Positions 59,144 through 64,000 of a stretch of 64,000 nucleotides of DNA are shown here, in pieces. The DNA is taken from NCBI RefSeq assembly GCF_963506605.1, contig NC_083291.1, forward strand, positions 2,356,001 to 2,420,000, written 5' to 3'. The notes beneath the pieces are model-generated. The model saw only the letters and a program-made list of their open reading frames with translations, was not told where the DNA came from and did not search any database. Position numbers and translations under genes: made by a program. This DNA comes from Zootoca vivipara. Lineage: Eukaryota. Position 1 is the first letter of the stretch; each line of letters starts with the position of its first letter.

Positions 59144-59522
59144 GGATGCGGGTTGTGCTGTGGTCTAAACCACTGAGCCCCTTGGGCTTGCCGATTAGAA
59201 AGGTCAGCGGTTCAAATCCCTGCGACGGAGTGAGCTCCCGTTGCTCTGTCCCAGCTCCTGCCAACCTAGCAGTTCGAAAGCACACCAGTGCAAGTAGATA
59301 AATAGGTACTGCTGTGGTGGGAAGGTAAGTGGAGTTTCCATGCTCTCCGGTTTCCATCACGGTGTTCCGTTGTGGGCCAGAAGCGGTTTAGCCCTGCTGG
59401 CTACATGGCCCAGAAAGCTGTCTGCAGGCAAACACCGGCTCCCTTGGCCTGAAAGCAAGATGAGTGCCACAACCCCATAGCCGCCTTTGACTCTGGACTT
59501 AACCGTCCAGGGGTCCTTTACC
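59144..59522 (+). mobile_element. Sauria SINE inserted in an L2-derived segment
   Basis: 17-bp TSD tatagggaagttttcta (59127-59143 / 59523-59539). Confidence 0.92.
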
Positions 59523-61037
59523 TATAGGGAAGTTTTCTAATGTTTAATGAGTTTTCATATATGTTGGAAGTTGCCCAGAGTGGCTTGGGCACTTATACCC
59601 GGGTGGGCGGGGTATAAATAATAAAATTATGATTATGATTATGGAATAGGATGTCCCTATTTCCATCAGAGAAATGTTGGAGGGTATGTAAGGATGAAAA
59701 TGTTTAGTATCAGGCTTTGGAAGGGTTGTAGCTCAGTGGTAGAGTAAATGCTTTGTATGCAGGTTGTCTCAGTTTCAATCCCCAGCATCTCCTGGTAGGA
59801 CCGGGAGATGCTCCTGCCTGAACCTGTGGAAAGCGCATCAGTGTTGACATTACTTGGCTAAGTGGACCAATGGTTTGATGGCACTTTCCTCAGGTCCTAT
59901 AGGTTGTATGTCTTGCAAGCTGCATCTAGTATATCAAAAAACACTACTTACGTGCGTCTCATGTATACATGATGATTTATGTAAGAATCCATGAAATTCC
60001 AGCTAAGAAAGGTGATGCTGGCGTGACGGTCCTGATCCGGCAGGCATTAATCTCGCCAGAAAAAAGGCCAGCCAAGAGTGCAGTGGCATGAAAGGTTGAG
60101 CCACTTGAGAGGCTGGGTGATAAGGCACCCACCCTTCCATCACATTGGGCCAGGAGGCATTGTATCGCAACGATGGGGTGCATCTGTCAGAATTGGGCAA
60201 CGGAATTTGGCCGAAAGACATCATTGAGGGCATCAGGGGGTGGTTGCAGGTGTGAAGCCTCTTTGTGGCTCAATTGGCAGTTGGGCATTAGGTAAGCCTT
60301 GGTCTTGGCTGGAGGGGGAGTTGTAGGTCATACATACCCTGTATGTACTCCCAGTAGGTAGGCTGGAGTGGAATAATGTGGCTTCACCCAATGCCTATGC
60401 CAAAACAAAAAGTTGTGACCTATTTGACTTCAAAAACTCTATGCGGTTGTCATGTCTGGTTATTTTCTCCCTGGGAGCTGTGGAGTTATACGTAGTTCCA
60501 CTGACAACTGAGCAACGTTGACCCCCCCCCCCTTCTAGCACCTGGTGGCTCAGCCTCCAATAGGTGAGCAAAATGACTTGGTAGATGATTTCAGAGTCCA
60601 CTGTTGAAGGAGTAATGTGAGCAAATAAAGGAACACAAAATTGTTAAGGGGGGAAAAGAAGAAAATGAGACTGCTCTTAGTATAGTGAAAAAGTGTTTTG
60701 TGAGTCTGGACAGTAGAGTGACTGCCCACCCACACTTTTGCACGCTCTATATTTTGATTGTATGGTGTACTGGTTAATTCTCCCATGTTTGAGAGCTTTA
60801 TTCATAGTTCTGCTCCTGTGTGCTGCTAAAATCCGACGTTGCCTGATGAATTGGGTCTTATCTCAGTTTCCCCACTCTGTGTCAGGTGTGCGCACTTGTG
60901 ATTCCCCTGGATGTTGCTGAACTGCAACTCCCATCATCCCTGACCATTGGCTATGTTTGTTGGGGCTGATGGGAGTTGGAATCATCCAGCAAGTTATGGA
61001 GGATGATGTTCCTGCTCTAGACAATACTTGTCATGAC

Positions 61038-61094
<57 letters not shown>

Positions 61095-61935
61095 TTATAC
61101 CCCGCCCATCTGGCCGGGTTCCCCCAGCCACTCTGGGCGGCTTCCAACAAAATATTAAAATACAGAAATCCATCAAACATTAAAAGCTTCCCTAAACAGG
61201 GCTGCCTTGAGATGCTTTCTAAAGGTCTGGTAATTGTTATTCTCTTTGACCTCTGGTGGGAGGGCATTCCACAGGGTGGGTGCCACTACCGAGAAGGCCC
61301 TCTGCCTGGTTCCCTGTAACTTGGCTTCTCGTAGCGAGGGAACCGCCAGAAGTCCCTCAGCGCTGAACCTCAGTGTCCGGGCAGAACGATGGGGGAGGAG
61401 ACGCTCCTTCAGGTATACTGGACCGAGGCCATTTAGGGCTTTAAAGGTCAGCACCAACACTTTGAATTGTGCTCAGAAACGTACTGGGAGCCAATGTAGG
61501 TCTTTCAGGACCGGTGTTATGTGGTCTCGGCGGCCGCTCCCAGTCACCAGTCTAGCTGCCGCATTCTGGGTTAGTTGTAGTTTCTGGGTCACCTTCAAAG
61601 GTAGCCCCATGTAGAGTGCATTGCAGTACAGTAGTCCAAGCGGGAGATAACTAGAGCATGCACCACTCTGGCGAGACAGGAATGGAAGATTTGAGTCTGG
61701 GCGATAGTTGGCCATATTGGCCGGATCTAAAGATGGGTTTTTTAGAAGCGGTTTAATAACCGCCTCTTTCAGCGGGTCTGGGAAGGCTCCCTCCCAGAGA
61801 GAAGCATTCACCAACCCGCAAAGCCCATTGCCCAGCCCTTCCCGGCTTGCTTTTATAAGCCAGGATGGGCAAGGATCAAGGAGACAGGTGGTTGGTTTCA
61901 CTCGTCCAAGCAGCCTGTCCACATCCTCTCGGAGG
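61038..61935 (-). mobile_element. L2-clade LINE 3' part with internal deletion and (TTA)n tail
   Basis: Translations LDPCPSWLIK...NYRPDSNLPFL and YCNALYMGLP...QNAAARLV...HITPVLKDLHWLPV. Confidence 0.88.
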
Positions 61936-62385
61936 TAAAGTCCATCAAAAGTGATGGGTTATGTCAGTTTCACAGCTAACTTAAATTGGGCAGCTGTAAC
62001 TCAGAGTTTGGTGAAAACCATAGGGCTGGGCATATAAAATTTAACAACTGAATGGGCAATTGCATGCTTTATTCACTTTAGGATGGAGTTCTGTTGTCTG
62101 TGTAGTTACAGCATTCCTGTGGCAGCTTAATCTTATTTAAGGTCTTATGATGGGAGAATAGTCTTCTGCAGCCAGGCTTAGAGCATGCAGGCCGGTTGTG
62201 TAGCCGTCAGATCTGTCCCCCCTCATACTCCCTGCCCCTCAGTATCTGCCGCCTGAAGCGACTGCCTCACTTGACCACCTAATGATAGGGCCGGGCCCTG
62301 GTCACTTGTATGTGTGACATGGAGTTTGCCCCTCCGTCTTCTGAGGCGGGAAGGGACTGATGAGCTCACTCTTAGTGGGAAGCTG

Positions 62386-62648
62386 AATAATAATAATAAA
62401 TAAATAATAATTTATTATTTGTACCCCGCCCATCCAGTTAGTTTTCCCCAGCCACTCTGGGCGGCTTCCAAGAAAGATTAAAATACATTAAAATGTCACA
62501 CGTTAAAAGCTTCCCTAAACGGGGCTGCCTTCATATATCTTCTAAAAGTCAGATAGTTGTTTATTTCCTTGACATCTGGTGGGAGGGCATTCCACAGGGC
62601 GGGTGCCACTACCGAGAAGGCCCTCTGCCTGGTTCCCTGTAGCTTTGT
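62386..62648 (-). mobile_element. L2-clade LINE 3' end
   Basis: Translation RAFSVVAPALWNALP; TTA tail. Confidence 0.8.
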
Positions 62649-64000
62649 TTCTCCCAAATCCCGGGAACTATAGCTTGCTAAGTGTGCTGGGAATTGCACC
62701 TCTGGAAGGGGCAAACTAGATTTCCTAGGACTTTTTAGGAGGGTGGGGCGGGAGTGTGGTTTAAATGTATACGGTGCGTATGCAGCCGTATCTTGACCCA
62801 CCTCCCTGCAGAATATCTGCAGTGCAAATCTGGAGTTGGTTATATGAAGGTCAGGTCCTGTGAGGTTAGTGAACAAGATAAATGTAGCATGATTCGCATG
62901 GGACTATTGGCTCTTTCTTTTGCATTTTGTCTTTATAAATGTTTTAAAAATAAAATCAAAGCTCAGCCAAGTACAAGCCTCCCAGGACAGAAGCTTCACT
63001 CTGGTATCTTAAAAGGGAGAGGCCATAAAATAAGCGAGAAGCCATTTCATATGGTGCTAACCCTCCTCTTATAAATCTGCTGCAAGTGGGATGTAGTGCT
63101 GCTTGTTGGGCAGAAGGAAGCCGGTGAGGACAGCCCTGGTTTTCCCCTCCCCAATTTGGCAGATATTTCATTGCCATTGGGATTGTTCACGTGCAACGAA
63201 CCAGCCTTCGGTTTTAAAGTGGGCCAAAATTCTTTTTGGTGCCCTTTCAATTCAGGCAGATAACAATGGCTGATGTGAGACCAGGTGTTAAGGAGTTTGG
63301 TTTGCAGCCTTATCATTCACCATGGCTACTATATGATTCTCATCTGCACAACAGTACTTTGGGTTTTGTCATTAAGGTTTCAGTTTCGGGTCACTTAGGG
63401 GTCTGGAGAAGAAAACTTAAGTCATTTGCCTAATGTTAATCTCACCCTCTTGTCTGGAAACCAAAGCCTAAGGTCACATTTAAATTGGCTATTAAAACAT
63501 CTCTTCTCTCAAAGAATATGAGGAACTGTAGTTTTCCCTCACGGAGCTCCAATTCCCAGCACCCTTAACAAGCTACGGTTACCAGATTATTATTATTTTT
63601 TGCAAGGGGGGGGGGTATTTTAAATGTACACATTTACATGTACACATTAGCCTACGGGTTTTGAGGCTTCTCTTCAGATCTAGGACAGAAATGAAGCCTG
63701 AGCTGTTTCTAAATTCCAAGGCGTCTGTATGGTGTATAAAGAACGAGACGAGACAAGAGGGAGTAAATAAATAAGATGCATTATTTGTACAAAAAAATTA
63801 TATAATCAAGTTTTTTGTTTGGTTTTTAAAGGGGAGGGAAGCCGCCTCCTGTAATATTTTCCAACCCTAATAAATGTACACTGATGCTCTCAGGTTGCAA
63901 TTCATCAGACAAATTACATTTGAAATTACATTCATAGGCTGCAAGCCTTTGCACAGTTAACAAACCTGCAAGCCCCAGCGGGACTTGGCACAAGCGCTCT

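Noticed and set aside
62355-62392. CTGATGAG as a second hammerhead core
   Set aside because: No correctly placed GAAA box or helix I/III pairing follows.

Overview
This is vertebrate genomic DNA, very probably from a squamate lizard. Sauria/Squam1, Squam2-like and Squam3-like SINEs plus BovB, L2, CR1 and Penelope fragments suggest a lacertid such as Podarcis (inference). The window holds two complete + strand genes in the order seen at human 9p22. HAUS6 (augmin subunit 6) has 16 coding exons from 1347 to 19371 (about 914 aa) and possibly a 17th exon reached through a GC-AG intron; the H/ACA scaRNA SCARNA8/U92 lies in its intron 12 (14001-14132). SAXO1/FAM154A has 4 coding exons from 23911 to 54911 (490 aa, 12 Mn microtubule-binding modules). 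All exon phases were checked by hand and join into open frames. The rest is dense with transposons. The most notable items: (1) a decayed Ngaro-type tyrosine-recombinase retrotransposon whose SGNH-hydrolase domain has no ATG but starts at a strong splice acceptor; (2) a 92-bp Penelope insertion with a 17-bp target-site duplication (TSD) that is little more than a minimal hammerhead ribozyme; (3) a 78-bp Penelope hairpin in HAUS6 pre-mRNA; (4) a candidate divergent first exon sharing the HAUS6 CpG island; (5) Buster-type hAT MITEs whose TSDs follow NNNTANNN. Gene and family names come from recalled sequence knowledge, not from database searches.
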